A stretch of 64,000 nucleotides of DNA, taken from contig CAXXJV010000001.1 of the NCBI GenBank assembly GCA_963663475.2, forward strand, positions 1,248,001 to 1,312,000. The letters run 5' to 3'. The notes under the pieces were generated by a model that was not told the origin of the DNA, ran no database searches, and saw nothing but the letters and a program-made list of their open reading frames with translations. The DNA comes from Candidatus Cloacimonadales bacterium. GTDB taxonomy: Bacteria > Cloacimonadota > Cloacimonadia > Cloacimonadales > JAFGVF01. Of the stretch, positions 39,597-50,041 are shown piece after piece (positions within the stretch are counted from its first letter, which is position 1; the number at the start of each line of letters is the position of its first letter). Both the position numbers and the translations under genes were made by a program.

Positions 39597-39953
39597 CTAA
39601 GATTTATTTATCAGTAACTTATCAATAGTCTCTTGGAAAGATTTTTTAGGTAAAGCTCCAGCTGCCATTGAAGGCTGTCCTTCTGTTGGAATAAATAATA
39701 TTGATGGAATTGATCTTATTCCAAACATTGCAGAAAGTTCTTGCTGTTCTTCAGTGTTTATTTTATAGATATCTACTTTCCCTTCATACTCTTTAGATAA
39801 TTCTTCTAAAATAGGTGCTACCATCTTACAAGGTCCACACCAATCAGCGTAAAAGTCAATCACTGCAGGTCTTTTCCCTTCAAACTTCCATTCTTTATTG
39901 TCTTCATAGTTAAATATTTTTTCTTTAAAACTTTGTAATGTTAAGTGTTCCAT
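39597..39953 (-). CDS. trxA: Thioredoxin
   Basis: DFYADWCGPCK. Confidence 0.95.
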   Translation of the reverse strand: MEHLTLQSFKEKIFNYEDNKEWKFEGKRPAVIDFYADWCGPCKMVAPILEELSKEYEGKVDIYKINTEEQQELSAMFGIRSIPSILFIPTEGQPSMAAGALPKKSFQETIDKLLINKS

Positions 39954-40170
39954 AATTACCTCTTTATTTTGTTTTTCTATAGTATAAAGTATTTGTTAAA
40001 ACATGCAAATAGTTTTTTAAATCTTTTTTATCCCATGATTAGTTAACAGTGTTATATTAAATTAAGAAAAGGAAAGTAAAAGCTTGACAAAACTTTATTC
40101 CATACAATAAAATGGCTTATATTAATTAGTAACATAAAGTAGATTAAATAACTCTTTAAAGGGGATTAAA

Positions 40171-41271
40171 ATGAAGAGGACAATCTTAATTTTATTATTT
40201 GTATGTCTGATAGGAATTATGTTAACAGGATGTGACAATAACAAGGAAGGACAGAAGGCTAGAGAAAACTTAAAAGTTGGTTTTTTATTTGTAGGTCCTA
40301 TCGGAGATGGGGGGTGGAACTATGCTCATAACAAAGGTTTGTTAGAAATAGAAGAGATTCCATACATTCAAGAAATACTCTATAGAGAAAATGCTTCAGA
40401 CACTGAAAGTAGTTTAATTGCTATTGAAGAATTGATTAAGGAGGGGGTAAACTTAATCTTTGCAACTTCCTATAATCATAAGGAAGCAACACTGCAAATG
40501 GCCAAGAAATATCCTGATGTTATCTTTGAATCCTGTTCTACTTTCCTTAAAGAAGCTAATATTGGTTCTTATTTTGGTAAAATATACCAAGGTTGGTATT
40601 TAGCTGGAATATTAGCAGGAATGAAGACAGATTCCAATAAGATTGGTATCATAGTAGCACATGCTAATCCAGAGTGTAAAAGAATTACCAATGCTTTTTC
40701 CTTAGGAATAAAGTCTATTAATCCACAAGCTCATGTTTATGTTGAGTGGATCCATTCCTGGTATAATCCTGTAAGAGAAAATGCAATTGCTAACAAGATG
40801 ATTGATATGGGATGCGATATTATTGCCCATAATAGTGATTCTAATGAGTCTCAGAAAGTTGCTGATAACAGAAATGTTTATTCTATTGGTTATAACACTG
40901 ATATGAAGACTTTTGCTCCTCGGAAAAATTTAGTTAGTGTAGTTTGGAACTGGGGTGATTTTTATGAAGCAAAGGTAGAAGAAGTATATGAGGGAAGATG
41001 GCAAGCAAGCAAGATATGGGCTGAGCTAGATTCTGGCTTATTTGGTTTAACAGAGCTTGATAGTCATTTTGAAGATTCTCAGATAAGTATCTTAGAAGAA
41101 AAGATAGAAGAGATTAAGGCAAAGGAATTAGTTATTTTCTCAGGCCAAATTTGGGATAATGAGGGCCAAGTCCGAGTTAAATCTGGACAATCACTTACTG
41201 ATGAAGAATTATTAACAATAGACTGGTTAGTCGATAATATTACAGTACTAAATCCTATTGCTAAAGATTAA
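40171..41271 (+). CDS. BMP-family ABC substrate-binding lipoprotein
   Basis: LTGC lipobox; VGPIGDGGWNYAH; SWYNP; WNWG. Confidence 0.92.
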   Translation: MKRTILILLFVCLIGIMLTGCDNNKEGQKARENLKVGFLFVGPIGDGGWNYAHNKGLLEIEEIPYIQEILYRENASDTESSLIAIEELIKEGVNLIFATSYNHKEATLQMAKKYPDVIFESCSTFLKEANIGSYFGKIYQGWYLAGILAGMKTDSNKIGIIVAHANPECKRITNAFSLGIKSINPQAHVYVEWIHSWYNPVRENAIANKMIDMGCDIIAHNSDSNESQKVADNRNVYSIGYNTDMKTFAPRKNLVSVVWNWGDFYEAKVEEVYEGRWQASKIWAELDSGLFGLTELDSHFEDSQISILEEKIEEIKAKELVIFSGQIWDNEGQVRVKSGQSLTDEELLTIDWLVDNITVLNPIAKD

Positions 41272-41431
41272 GCCAATAATGCAGTAGATCTTTGTGACTA
41301 GTACTATATTCTTCTGCAAAAGTAACTTCATGATTTCTTCGAATATATATAATATATGCGTCAAAATTCTGTAAGCTATTTTGCAAGAATAATCTGCACT
41401 CTTCACTAAAGCTCTACTACACCATTCGGGA
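41271..41431. mobile_element. IS982-like MITE (B), TTA flanks
   Basis: AGCCAATAATGCAGTAG...CTACTACACCATTCGGGA; TTA at 41268-41270 and 41432-41434. Confidence 0.8.
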
Positions 41432-41523
41432 TTAAGCAAAAGATAAATATTGACTTTTTTAGCTGGCTAAATCTTATTGAAGAAAAAATAAGATTAATAA
41501 ATTTAATCAAAAAAAGGGATATA

Positions 41524-42873
41524 ATGAAAATTACTAAATTAATATCTATCTTTCTAGTCTTCTTATTTATTGTTGCATGTTCTTCTAAGAAACCCAAAAA
41601 TGTTATTATAATGATTTCAGATGGAGCAGGATTTAATCATATTCTTGCTACAGATTATTATCAGTATGGTCAAAGTGGAAAACAGGTATATCAAAACTTT
41701 CCTGTAAAACTAGCCATGGCAACTTATTCTCTAGATGCTGAAGGATATGATTCAGACTTAGCTTGGAATGATAGTCTCTATATAGATAGTAAGTGGACAG
41801 ATTCAGCTGCTTCTGCAAGTGCATTATCTACAGGATATAAAACTATCAATGGCTATTTAGGAGTTAATGCTCAAAAAGAAAAGCTAGAACATTTTTCACA
41901 GTTTATTCATGGTAAAGGTAAGAAAATTGGAACAGTTACTACAGTTGTAGCTTGCCATGGTACACCAGCAGGCTTTACTATTCATAGTCCTTTTAGAAAA
42001 AATTACCCTGACATTTTTCAATCAATGATTCTTGATTCTAAGTTGTCAGTCATGTTTGGAGCTGGACTAGATGAATCTGATAATCTGCCAGATCATAAGA
42101 AATACTATTATGTAGGCAATAAAGCTTTTTGGAAGCAACTTGAAGCTGGTAACACTGCTTATGATTTAGATGGAGATTGGCAAGTAGATAAAAGTGTAGC
42201 TGATATAGATGGGGATGGTCAGCCTGATCCTTGGCAAATTATTAGAAATAAGGATGAATTCCTTAATATCACCAAAGATAATGCTCCCAAAAGACTTTTA
42301 GGAATCTTCAAGTCTAGAGCAAATGCCCAATATGACCGTAAGGGGGACAAACATCTGCCTCCTTTCCAAATTCCCTTAAGAGAAAATATCCCAAGCTTGA
42401 GTGAAATGTCTTCTGCTGCTTTAAATATTTTAGATAATGAGCAGGGCTTTTGGTTACTCATTGAAGGTGGGGCAGTAGATAAAGCTTCCCATGCTAATTG
42501 GAAGGGAAGAACAATTGAAGAACAGATTGATTTTAATCATGCTGTGGAAAGAACTGTGGAATGGATTGAAAACAATAGCTCATGGGATGAAACTCTACTT
42601 ATTGTTACTGCAGACCATGAAACAGGCCATATCTCTGGTCAAGCTAATATGTTACAAGAAATTGTTGCTCCTATTAAGCAAAGTTCAGCTGGTCTTATGC
42701 CTGAATTTTATTTTTTATCATCTGAACATACTAATTCATTAGTTCCATTTTTCGCTAAAGGAGTAGGTTCTGATACATTTATAGAGAGAGCAGATAAAGA
42801 AGATAAGGTGAGAGGAAAATATCTCCACTCAACAGATGTAGCTAAAAGCTTGTTTGATTTGTTCCAAGACTAA
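41524..42873 (+). CDS. phoA: Alkaline phosphatase (lipoprotein)
   Basis: NVIIMISDG, TDSAAS catalytic Ser, HGTPA, EGGAVDKASH, TADHETG. Confidence 0.93.
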   Translation: MKITKLISIFLVFLFIVACSSKKPKNVIIMISDGAGFNHILATDYYQYGQSGKQVYQNFPVKLAMATYSLDAEGYDSDLAWNDSLYIDSKWTDSAASASALSTGYKTINGYLGVNAQKEKLEHFSQFIHGKGKKIGTVTTVVACHGTPAGFTIHSPFRKNYPDIFQSMILDSKLSVMFGAGLDESDNLPDHKKYYYVGNKAFWKQLEAGNTAYDLDGDWQVDKSVADIDGDGQPDPWQIIRNKDEFLNITKDNAPKRLLGIFKSRANAQYDRKGDKHLPPFQIPLRENIPSLSEMSSAALNILDNEQGFWLLIEGGAVDKASHANWKGRTIEEQIDFNHAVERTVEWIENNSSWDETLLIVTADHETGHISGQANMLQEIVAPIKQSSAGLMPEFYFLSSEHTNSLVPFFAKGVGSDTFIERADKEDKVRGKYLHSTDVAKSLFDLFQD

Positions 42874-42902
42874 TAATTCTAGAAAAAATTATCCCTCTTT
42901 CC

Positions 42903-42999
42903 ACCCAAATAATGCAGTAGAACTTTGTGAATAGCACTCTTCACATGTGATACCTAGCTTTAGCGAAGTATTACTAAAGTTCTACTAGACTATCTGGGT
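42903..42999. mobile_element. Internally deleted MITE B
   Basis: ACCCAAATAATGCAGTAG...CTACTAGACTATCTGGGT. Confidence 0.75.
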
Positions 43000-43038
43000 T
43001 CAAAATTATTTATTCGAAAGAGGGATTTTTATATTTTC

Positions 43039-44136
43039 TTATCTTAGTTTTTTTCTGTCATTACCAATTTTATCAACTGCTTTAAGAGCAAAAAATACTT
43101 GTTCAGGAGTGACACTAAACGCTTCATTATGAATAGTTTCTCCTTCTGCACAAGCTCTCTCAGCTACTTGCATAAGCTCTTGGTCAGAAACTTTATCAAG
43201 ACCAATATCAGCTAAAGTTGTTGGTAATCCGATGGATTCACAGAAGCTAAAGACTCTATGAATTTCTTCACTTGACTTATCTGTGAGTATAAGTGAGGTT
43301 AAAGTTCCTATAGCTACCTTTTCTCCATGGAAATAGGCATGACTAGCTTCAAGTACTGTTAATCCATTATGGACAGCGTGAGCAGTTGCTAAACCACCAC
43401 TTTCAAAGCCAAGTCCACTGAGTAAAGTATTAGCTTCAATAATATGCTCTAAGGCAGGTGTAACAGTCTTAGCATCACAAGCAATCTTAGCATCTAGACC
43501 ATACTCTAAAAGGGTGTTAAAGCATAATTCTGCTAGAGCAAAAGCAGTCATTGAACCATAATTACCTGTCATATTACTCGCATAGCTTTTTTTACAGCTT
43601 TGCGCTTCAAACCAGGTTGCTAAGGCATCACCCATTCCTGCAACTAAAAATCTACTAGGGGCATTAGCTACTATTTTTGAATCTAGGATTACTAAATCAG
43701 GATTCTTAGGTAGAACAAGATATCTTTTAAATTCTCCAGAATTTGTATAAATCACTGAAAGAGCACTACAAGGAGCATCGGTAGAAGCTAATGTGGGAAC
43801 AATCGCAACAGGAACATTCATAGCATGAGCCACTGCTTTAGCTGTATCAAGAGCCTTACCACCTCCAATACCAATAATAACATTTATCTCATCTTTTTTA
43901 GCAATATCTACTAATCTATCAATTTCTTCATCAGAACATTCACCTTCGAATTTGTTCCAGTTCACTGATATTTCTTTATCAACATAAGCTTTAAAGTTGC
44001 TTAGTAAAGTGTCATATACAAATGGATCGCAAATAGCAAAAGCTTTTGAGCCAAATCTTGCTACTTCAGAACCTAGTTTTTTTAATGTATCTGGTCCTTG
44101 TACATAACGACCTGGGAAAAGGGTTGTTGTTATCAT
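43039..44136 (-). CDS. gldA: Glycerol dehydrogenase
   Basis: PGRYVQG, GGGKALDTAK, ASTDAPCSALSVIY, GFESGGLATAHAVHNG, HGEKVA. Confidence 0.95.
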   Translation of the reverse strand: MITTTLFPGRYVQGPDTLKKLGSEVARFGSKAFAICDPFVYDTLLSNFKAYVDKEISVNWNKFEGECSDEEIDRLVDIAKKDEINVIIGIGGGKALDTAKAVAHAMNVPVAIVPTLASTDAPCSALSVIYTNSGEFKRYLVLPKNPDLVILDSKIVANAPSRFLVAGMGDALATWFEAQSCKKSYASNMTGNYGSMTAFALAELCFNTLLEYGLDAKIACDAKTVTPALEHIIEANTLLSGLGFESGGLATAHAVHNGLTVLEASHAYFHGEKVAIGTLTSLILTDKSSEEIHRVFSFCESIGLPTTLADIGLDKVSDQELMQVAERACAEGETIHNEAFSVTPEQVFFALKAVDKIGNDRKKLR

Positions 44137-44281
44137 ACTTATCTCCTTTCAATTTATTTTTTAAAGATCTTTACTATCTATTAAATAATAGGATAAATCT
44201 AAGTTTAAGAATTTTAATTATATACTAATTGATTAAGTCATTAAACCAAATTATTTCGATAAAATAATATCAAAATATTTA

Positions 44282-44919
44282 ACCCAAATGGTGCAGTAGC
44301 CCTATTCACTAAAGCTCTACTACACTATCTGGGATAATATAGGAAAATGAGAATATTTCATTACTATATTGATTCATCAAAAATCCCTGAAAGGGATAAA
44401 ATAATTTAGCCCAGTGTAAGATGCTGAAAGTATCGCAAGCCTGCTTTTTGTTGGAGACCAGACTTCCTCAACCGTAGGCAAGGGACTTCGGGTGAAGAGT
44501 GTCGGAAGTCGCTACTCCGTGAGCAACTCCCGTCACTCTTCATATAATCTTACTTGTAACTTTCTATTATCCATAATAATGCAGTAGCTCCTTAAGAATA
44601 GTACTATTTTAATTCACAAACATTACTGAGAAAAACTATATTCTCCTCTATTCTTCCATAATCCTTCCTTTACAGTCTTTCGATGAAACTGGGACTTTCA
44701 TCGAAAGACTGTAAAGGAAGGAATAAGGATGATAAGGGTATTGATAAGGCCAGACTTCCTCAAGCGTAGGTAAGGGACTTCGGGTGAATAGTGTCGGAAG
44801 TCGCTACTCCGTGAGCAACTCCCGTCACTCTTCATATAATCTTACTTGTAACTTTCTATTATTCATGCAATATGCTATAATGAAAGTCTCTTATTTACCA
44901 CCAGCCTTGAACAAGAACC
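44282..44919. repeat. Mosaic of modules: minimal B, C/REP fragment, D, E, D, C end
   Basis: 44282-44334 B TIRs only; 44334-44437 matches 36721-36825; D at 44438-44545 and 44749-44830; E at 44662-44722; C TIR ends at 44919. Confidence 0.85.
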
Positions 44920-44968
44920 AAAAAAATGCTAGGGTTAATAACTTAATAGAAATTCACCCTAGCATTTA
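44920..44968 (-). terminator. ffh terminator
   Basis: AAATGCTAGGGT...ACCCTAGCATTT preceded by an A run. Confidence 0.65.
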
Positions 44969-44984
44969 CTAAGAATAGAAAAGA

Positions 44985-46352
44985 TTATAGTTTCGGCATT
45001 CCTGGGATATCAGGCATTCCACCTTTGCCTCCCATTTTAGCCATTTTCTTCATCATTTTAGGATTATTCATCTTTTTAATCATATCTTTCATTTGATTAA
45101 ATTGTTTGAGTAATTTATTTACTTCTTGTACAGATCTTCCAGAGCCTTCAGCTATTCTTAAGCGTCGGCTACCATTGATGATTTTTGGATCAGACCTTTC
45201 TTTTAGTGTCATAGAATAGATAATTGCTTCAATATGGACAAGTTCCTTGCCAGACATATTTACATTAGCTAGAGCCTTGGAATTCATTCCAGGTATCATT
45301 TTTAGCAGTCCTTCAAGTGGTCCCATTTTTTTGATTTGCTGGAGTTGTTTAAGAAAGTCATCAAGGTCAAATTGATTTTTCTTTAATTTTTTAGCAAGCT
45401 TTTCAGCTTCTTCTTCATTCATTGTTGTTTCAGCTTTTTCAATAAGAGTAAGGACATCTCCCATACCTAGGATTCTGGATGCCATTCTATCAGCATAAAA
45501 AACTTCTAAGTCGCTAGGTCTTTCTCCAATACCTACATAAGCAATTGGTTTCTCAGTTATAGCCTTGATGGAAAGGGCAGCACCACCGCGTGAATCACCA
45601 TCAAGTTTGGTTAAAATAACTCCTGAAAAATCTAATTTATCATGAAATTCTTTAGCAACATTAACAGCATCTTGACCAGTCATAGCATCAGCTACAAAGA
45701 AGATATAATCTGGTTTAAGGAAATCTTTTAATCTTGCTACTTCATCCATCATCTCAGCGTCAATATGCAGACGTCCAGCTGTATCAAAAATTACAGCATT
45801 GTGATTTTGTTGATTAGCTATTGCCAGAGCATCTTTAGCAATTTTCACCACATCCTTACTTTCTAGGTTGGAATGTACTGGAACTCCAATTTCTTTACCT
45901 AAAACTTCTAATTGATGAATAGCAGCGGGGCGATAAACATCGCAAGCAACCATAGCGGGGAAGATGTTCTTTTGTTTGCGGAAGTGGGTAGCTAATTTGG
46001 AACAAGCTGTAGTTTTACCAGAACCTTGAAGTCCAACTAACATAATTTTGTTAATCTTATTATCATGAAGTTTTACTTCAAAACCATCAGTGTCCATTAG
46101 TTTAGTTAATTCATCATTAACAATTTTAACCACTTGTTGACCAGGTGTTAGAGACTTCATAACCTCTTGGCCTAGACACTGTTCTTCAATATCTTTGACG
46201 AACTTTTTAACAATTTTATAATTAACATCAGCTTCTAAAAGAGCCATTCTAATCTCACGTAAAGAATCTTTAATATTCTTTTCTGTGAGTTTTCCTTTTC
46301 CTTTTAGATTTTTAAATACTTTATCTAGTCTACTTGATAAGTCGTTAAACAT
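44985..46352 (-). CDS. ffh: Signal recognition particle protein
   Basis: GLQGSGKTT, DTAGR, TKLDGDSRGG, Met-rich M domain. Confidence 0.98.
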   Translation of the reverse strand: MFNDLSSRLDKVFKNLKGKGKLTEKNIKDSLREIRMALLEADVNYKIVKKFVKDIEEQCLGQEVMKSLTPGQQVVKIVNDELTKLMDTDGFEVKLHDNKINKIMLVGLQGSGKTTACSKLATHFRKQKNIFPAMVACDVYRPAAIHQLEVLGKEIGVPVHSNLESKDVVKIAKDALAIANQQNHNAVIFDTAGRLHIDAEMMDEVARLKDFLKPDYIFFVADAMTGQDAVNVAKEFHDKLDFSGVILTKLDGDSRGGAALSIKAITEKPIAYVGIGERPSDLEVFYADRMASRILGMGDVLTLIEKAETTMNEEEAEKLAKKLKKNQFDLDDFLKQLQQIKKMGPLEGLLKMIPGMNSKALANVNMSGKELVHIEAIIYSMTLKERSDPKIINGSRRLRIAEGSGRSVQEVNKLLKQFNQMKDMIKKMNNPKMMKKMAKMGGKGGMPDIPGMPKL

Positions 46353-46362
46353 AATTTCTCCA

Positions 46363-47004
46363 TTATTTTAAAGAATTAATAGCTGAAGTATAGTCATTAG
46401 ATTTAAAAATAAAAGAACCTGCTACCAAAATATCTACTCCAGCTTCAATTAATTTTGGAGCATTTTGATTATTGACTCCGCCATCAATTTCAATTTTAAA
46501 AGTTAAATTCTTTTCTTTTCTTATTCTACTTAATTCTTTTATTTTAGAATAAGTATTTGAGATAAATGATTGTCCTCCATAACCTGGATTAACTGACATA
46601 ATTAGCACAAAATCTAAATCACTTAAAACTTCTTCTATCAATGATATTGAGTCTCCCGGATTCAAAGCAAGTCCTGCTTTAATACCTAATTCTTTTATTT
46701 TATATATTTCTCTATGGAGGTGATGAACTGTTGAAGGATGAAAAGAAATCATAGCAACACGTAAATTAGCTAAAAATTTGTAATAATCAGAAGGATTTGT
46801 AACCATTAGGTGGACATCTAATGGAATAGTGCTAATAGTGTTTATTCTTTCGATAATAGGATTACCGAAGGTTAAGTTAGGTACATAATGTCCATCCATA
46901 ACATCAATATGGAGTAAATCGGAACCAGCTTTAATAACAGCTGTTAGATCTTGCTGTAAGTTAGCAAAATCAGCAGATAGTATTGAAGGTGATACTTTAA
47001 CCAT
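46363..47004 (-). CDS. rpe: Ribulose-phosphate 3-epimerase
   Basis: SPSILSADF, HIDVMDGHYVPNLTFG, MSVNPG, IDGG. Confidence 0.97.
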   Translation of the reverse strand: MVKVSPSILSADFANLQQDLTAVIKAGSDLLHIDVMDGHYVPNLTFGNPIIERINTISTIPLDVHLMVTNPSDYYKFLANLRVAMISFHPSTVHHLHREIYKIKELGIKAGLALNPGDSISLIEEVLSDLDFVLIMSVNPGYGGQSFISNTYSKIKELSRIRKEKNLTFKIEIDGGVNNQNAPKLIEAGVDILVAGSFIFKSNDYTSAINSLK

Positions 47005-47302
47005 TTTTTTTCTCACTTAGTAAAAAGACAAGGTTAGTAATTTGCGAACTAATATCTCTTGCTACAACCTTGTTTAGTTTTTTTATTAATGCACTCTTCA
47101 TTAAGACAAACTCTTGTAGCCAAACACTAGAATCTACCCCAACATAGAGAGTTTTATTTTGATATTTTAAAACAGAAGAATGCTCTGCCATAAAGGAACC
47201 AACAACAGTCTTCCATGACAGAGCAATAACTATTAAATCATGATATCTATCTCCTCCAATGTTAAAAAGCACAGAGGAGATAGAATTCTTAATATTTTTC
47301 AA
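46997..47302 (-). CDS. DUF721/DciA-like protein
   Basis: W..VVG..MA.H......TLYVGVDSSVWLQE. Confidence 0.75.
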   Translation of the reverse strand: MKNIKNSISSVLFNIGGDRYHDLIVIALSWKTVVGSFMAEHSSVLKYQNKTLYVGVDSSVWLQEFVLMKSALIKKLNKVVARDISSQITNLVFLLSEKKNG

Positions 47303-47305
47303 TTA

Positions 47306-47692
47306 TTATACACTTTTTTTCAAGGCTAAAGAAAATCCAGCCCATGATAAAAGAGAGACAGCCACCAGTGTTAAATATGCGGTTCCCAATGCATTTGAAC
47401 CATTATCAAATGGCATCATCAACATTGCAGGTACAAAAGCAATAACTATTATCATTAAATAACCTAACACTTTAAAGTTAGTAGTCTTCTTAATGTTAAT
47501 TAAATAATAAGCTACTAAACCAGCTAATACTACAACTATAGTTACCAAAGTTATTAGTAAAAGACCAGTGAATGTATGTTCATTACTCATCAAATTTCTA
47601 AAATCAAAATTTGATCGTACATAAGAAGGTATAAAGATACCTATTATTACTAATAAATACCCGACCACTTTGAGAACCATCTTATTAACCAT
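47306..47692 (-). CDS. Hypothetical membrane protein (about 4 TM)
   Basis: Four hydrophobic segments; in-operon position. Confidence 0.75.
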   Translation of the reverse strand: MVNKMVLKVVGYLLVIIGIFIPSYVRSNFDFRNLMSNEHTFTGLLLITLVTIVVVLAGLVAYYLINIKKTTNFKVLGYLMIIVIAFVPAMLMMPFDNGSNALGTAYLTLVAVSLLSWAGFSLALKKSV

Positions 47693-47701
47693 GGAAAACT
47701 C

Positions 47702-48151
47702 CTATATCTCTTCTTTAACTACTGATACTACAACAGTAGCAGTTAAATCTGATCCAAAGCTGATTTCAACTTGTGAATCACCAATCTCTTTAATATGTTT
47801 TTCGATATGAACGTTGTTTTTATTAATTTCAACACCTTTTTCTTTAATAGCTTCCACAATATCAAATTCTGATACTGAACCATAAAGATTACCGTTTTCA
47901 TCAGCTTTTCTATTGAAAGTTAGAGTCATATTGCTAAGTTGAGCTAATTTAGCTTTGTTTTCTTCTAACTTAATATTTCTTACTTTTTCTGCATCAGCCT
48001 TGATAGCTTCAATTTTCTTTAAAGCATCTTTAGTAGCCATTACTGCAAAATTTTGTGGTAAAAGATAATTTCTTCCATAACCGTTTTTAACTGTAACTAC
48101 ATCACCGGCCATACCTAAATCTTTTACATCTTTAATTAATATTAATTTCAT
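47702..48151 (-). CDS. rplI: 50S ribosomal protein L9
   Basis: LGMAGDVVTVKNGYGRNYLLP, LYGSV. Confidence 0.98.
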   Translation of the reverse strand: MKLILIKDVKDLGMAGDVVTVKNGYGRNYLLPQNFAVMATKDALKKIEAIKADAEKVRNIKLEENKAKLAQLSNMTLTFNRKADENGNLYGSVSEFDIVEAIKEKGVEINKNNVHIEKHIKEIGDSQVEISFGSDLTATVVVSVVKEEI

Positions 48152-48984
48152 TTTTTTACTCCATTTTTTAAGTTAAACCAAATATCAATTAATCCCACTA
48201 TACAACTAACAAGTATAAAAATGTGAAAATTAAGTAATATTATAATGTAAGTTAATATTCTTAATAAAGTATTATTAAATGTTGAACCTAAGAGCCAAAG
48301 CCAAACTATCGGAAAGCCCTGGATAGCTAATAATAAGACAAATGTAATAGTTATAGGTAATCCTATAAAACGGGTCTGTTGAAATATCGCTAAAGCAAAA
48401 CCCAACATCATTACATATATCAAACTATCAGGAAGTTTATAGGCTATAGTATGAAATTTCATAATTACATTTTTCCTTGTGAAAATCATACCTGTTACCA
48501 AGGCAAATATCATGGGAATTATCCAGAAGAGCTCAATATTATTAAAATATGAATCTATCATTTTTAAATATTCAGTTTCTAAGTTTTCATAATTCTCAAA
48601 AAGTGCTCTGTTAGCATCTAATTGACTGATAATTAGGTCTTTTGACGCTAATAAACTATCAGCAAATAGATACTTTCTCAGAAAACCATAACATAATTGG
48701 AAGAGAGCATAGAAAGAAAAAGCATTTCTATAACCACTTGAGACATAGATCTGGCTGAAAAGATAAGTTGCTAATCCAATTCCTATCAGAACATCAGCTA
48801 TTCTTAACATATCCATTTGCATGACTAAAGCAGATACTATTACTACTATTCCAAATATGCCAAAGCCGATATTTACATCTTTGGCCTTTTTTCTTAGTAA
48901 ATCACATATATTAACTGTCCAAAAGATCAAACCCCAGAAAGGGGAAATTATAGAGACTAAACTTGATACTACAGCAAGTAACAC
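48148..48984 (-). CDS. DUF2232/YybS-like membrane protein
   Basis: Multi-TM, QG and GLIDIWFNL motifs, rpsR-rplI position. Confidence 0.75.
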   Translation of the reverse strand: MLLAVVSSLVSIISPFWGLIFWTVNICDLLRKKAKDVNIGFGIFGIVVIVSALVMQMDMLRIADVLIGIGLATYLFSQIYVSSGYRNAFSFYALFQLCYGFLRKYLFADSLLASKDLIISQLDANRALFENYENLETEYLKMIDSYFNNIELFWIIPMIFALVTGMIFTRKNVIMKFHTIAYKLPDSLIYVMMLGFALAIFQQTRFIGLPITITFVLLLAIQGFPIVWLWLLGSTFNNTLLRILTYIIILLNFHIFILVSCIVGLIDIWFNLKNGVKK

Positions 48985-48986
48985 TT

Positions 48987-49220
48987 TTAGTCAGCGATGT
49001 ATGGCATTAAAGCCATGTGACGTGCTTTTTTAATTTCGTTTGAAAGTTTTCTTTGATGCTTTGCACATGTTCCAGTTAATCTTGCAGGTTCAATTTTACC
49101 TACTTCTGAAATGAACTGTTTTAAAACATCTGTATTTTTATAATTTATTTCCAAATCTTGATTCTTGCAGAATCTACAGAATTTTTTCTTACCATATTTT
49201 CTTTTTTTATCGTAAAGCAT
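48987..49220 (-). CDS. rpsR: 30S ribosomal protein S18
   Basis: [24 protein letters not shown]. Confidence 0.98.
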   Translation of the reverse strand: MLYDKKRKYGKKKFCRFCKNQDLEINYKNTDVLKQFISEVGKIEPARLTGTCAKHQRKLSNEIKKARHMALMPYIAD

Positions 49221-49234
49221 GTTTTCTCCTTTAA

Positions 49235-49729
49235 TTAAAACGGTACGTCGTCGTTAACAAAATCAGGCTCAGGACGACTAGTCTGCTGGCTTCTTTCGTT
49301 GTTATTTTGATTATAGTTATTTTGCTGACCAGAATTACTTTGTTGGTTGTAATTATTGTCATCATAACTATTTCCGTCCGTCTTATTTGTTTCTAAACTC
49401 TGAATTTTTGTAACGTGAATATCAGTTATTCTTCTATTTTGTCCATCTTGTGTTGTATAAGAATGCTGTTGTAAGCGACCTTCAACAAGAACAGGACTGC
49501 CTTTTTTTAAAGTATTATTAAGTCTTTCAGCTTGAGGACCCCAGATGTTTATATCCATAAACACGGCACGATCAACCCATTGATTAGCCTGTTTATCCCA
49601 ATACCCATCATCAATAGCAATATTGCAACGTAGAACAGCAGCTCCACTCGGGGTGTACCTTAATTCACCATCTCTTGTTAATCTACCAGAGACAATAAGT
49701 GAATTTAGCTTTGGAAATCTTAAATCCAT
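49235..49729 (-). CDS. ssb: Single-stranded DNA-binding protein
   Basis: [22 protein letters not shown] tail. Confidence 0.97.
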   Translation of the reverse strand: MDLRFPKLNSLIVSGRLTRDGELRYTPSGAAVLRCNIAIDDGYWDKQANQWVDRAVFMDINIWGPQAERLNNTLKKGSPVLVEGRLQQHSYTTQDGQNRRITDIHVTKIQSLETNKTDGNSYDDNNYNQQSNSGQQNNYNQNNNERSQQTSRPEPDFVNDDVPF

Positions 49730-49737
49730 AATAACCT

Positions 49738-50025
49738 CTAATCTAAAACAAGAAGGTTATGTCTGATTACATTTTCATCAATTCGATAATTATCTTCAAG
49801 AACTTTCACTTCGTCGGCATCCATTGTGAAATAGTAGATATAATAATATCCCTCTGTAGCTTTATTAATAGGGTAAGCAAGAACTCTTTTTCCCATATCA
49901 TCAGCTTTTACAATTTCGCCACCATTATTTGTGATTATATTTGAGTATTTTGCAATAATCTCTTTAATCGCATCTGGTGCAAGTTTAGCATTAAGAATAA
50001 TCATACTCTCGTAATTTCTAACCAT
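49738..50025 (-). CDS. rpsF: 30S ribosomal protein S6
   Basis: YESMII, GKRVLAYPI, VIRH. Confidence 0.97.
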   Translation of the reverse strand: MVRNYESMIILNAKLAPDAIKEIIAKYSNIITNNGGEIVKADDMGKRVLAYPINKATEGYYYIYYFTMDADEVKVLEDNYRIDENVIRHNLLVLD

Positions 50026-50041
50026 TTATTCCTCCCTATGG

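Noticed and set aside
44784-44972. 62-aa ORF and other short antisense or nested ORFs in the track
   Set aside because: They lie in repeat modules or overlap well-supported genes and show no motifs
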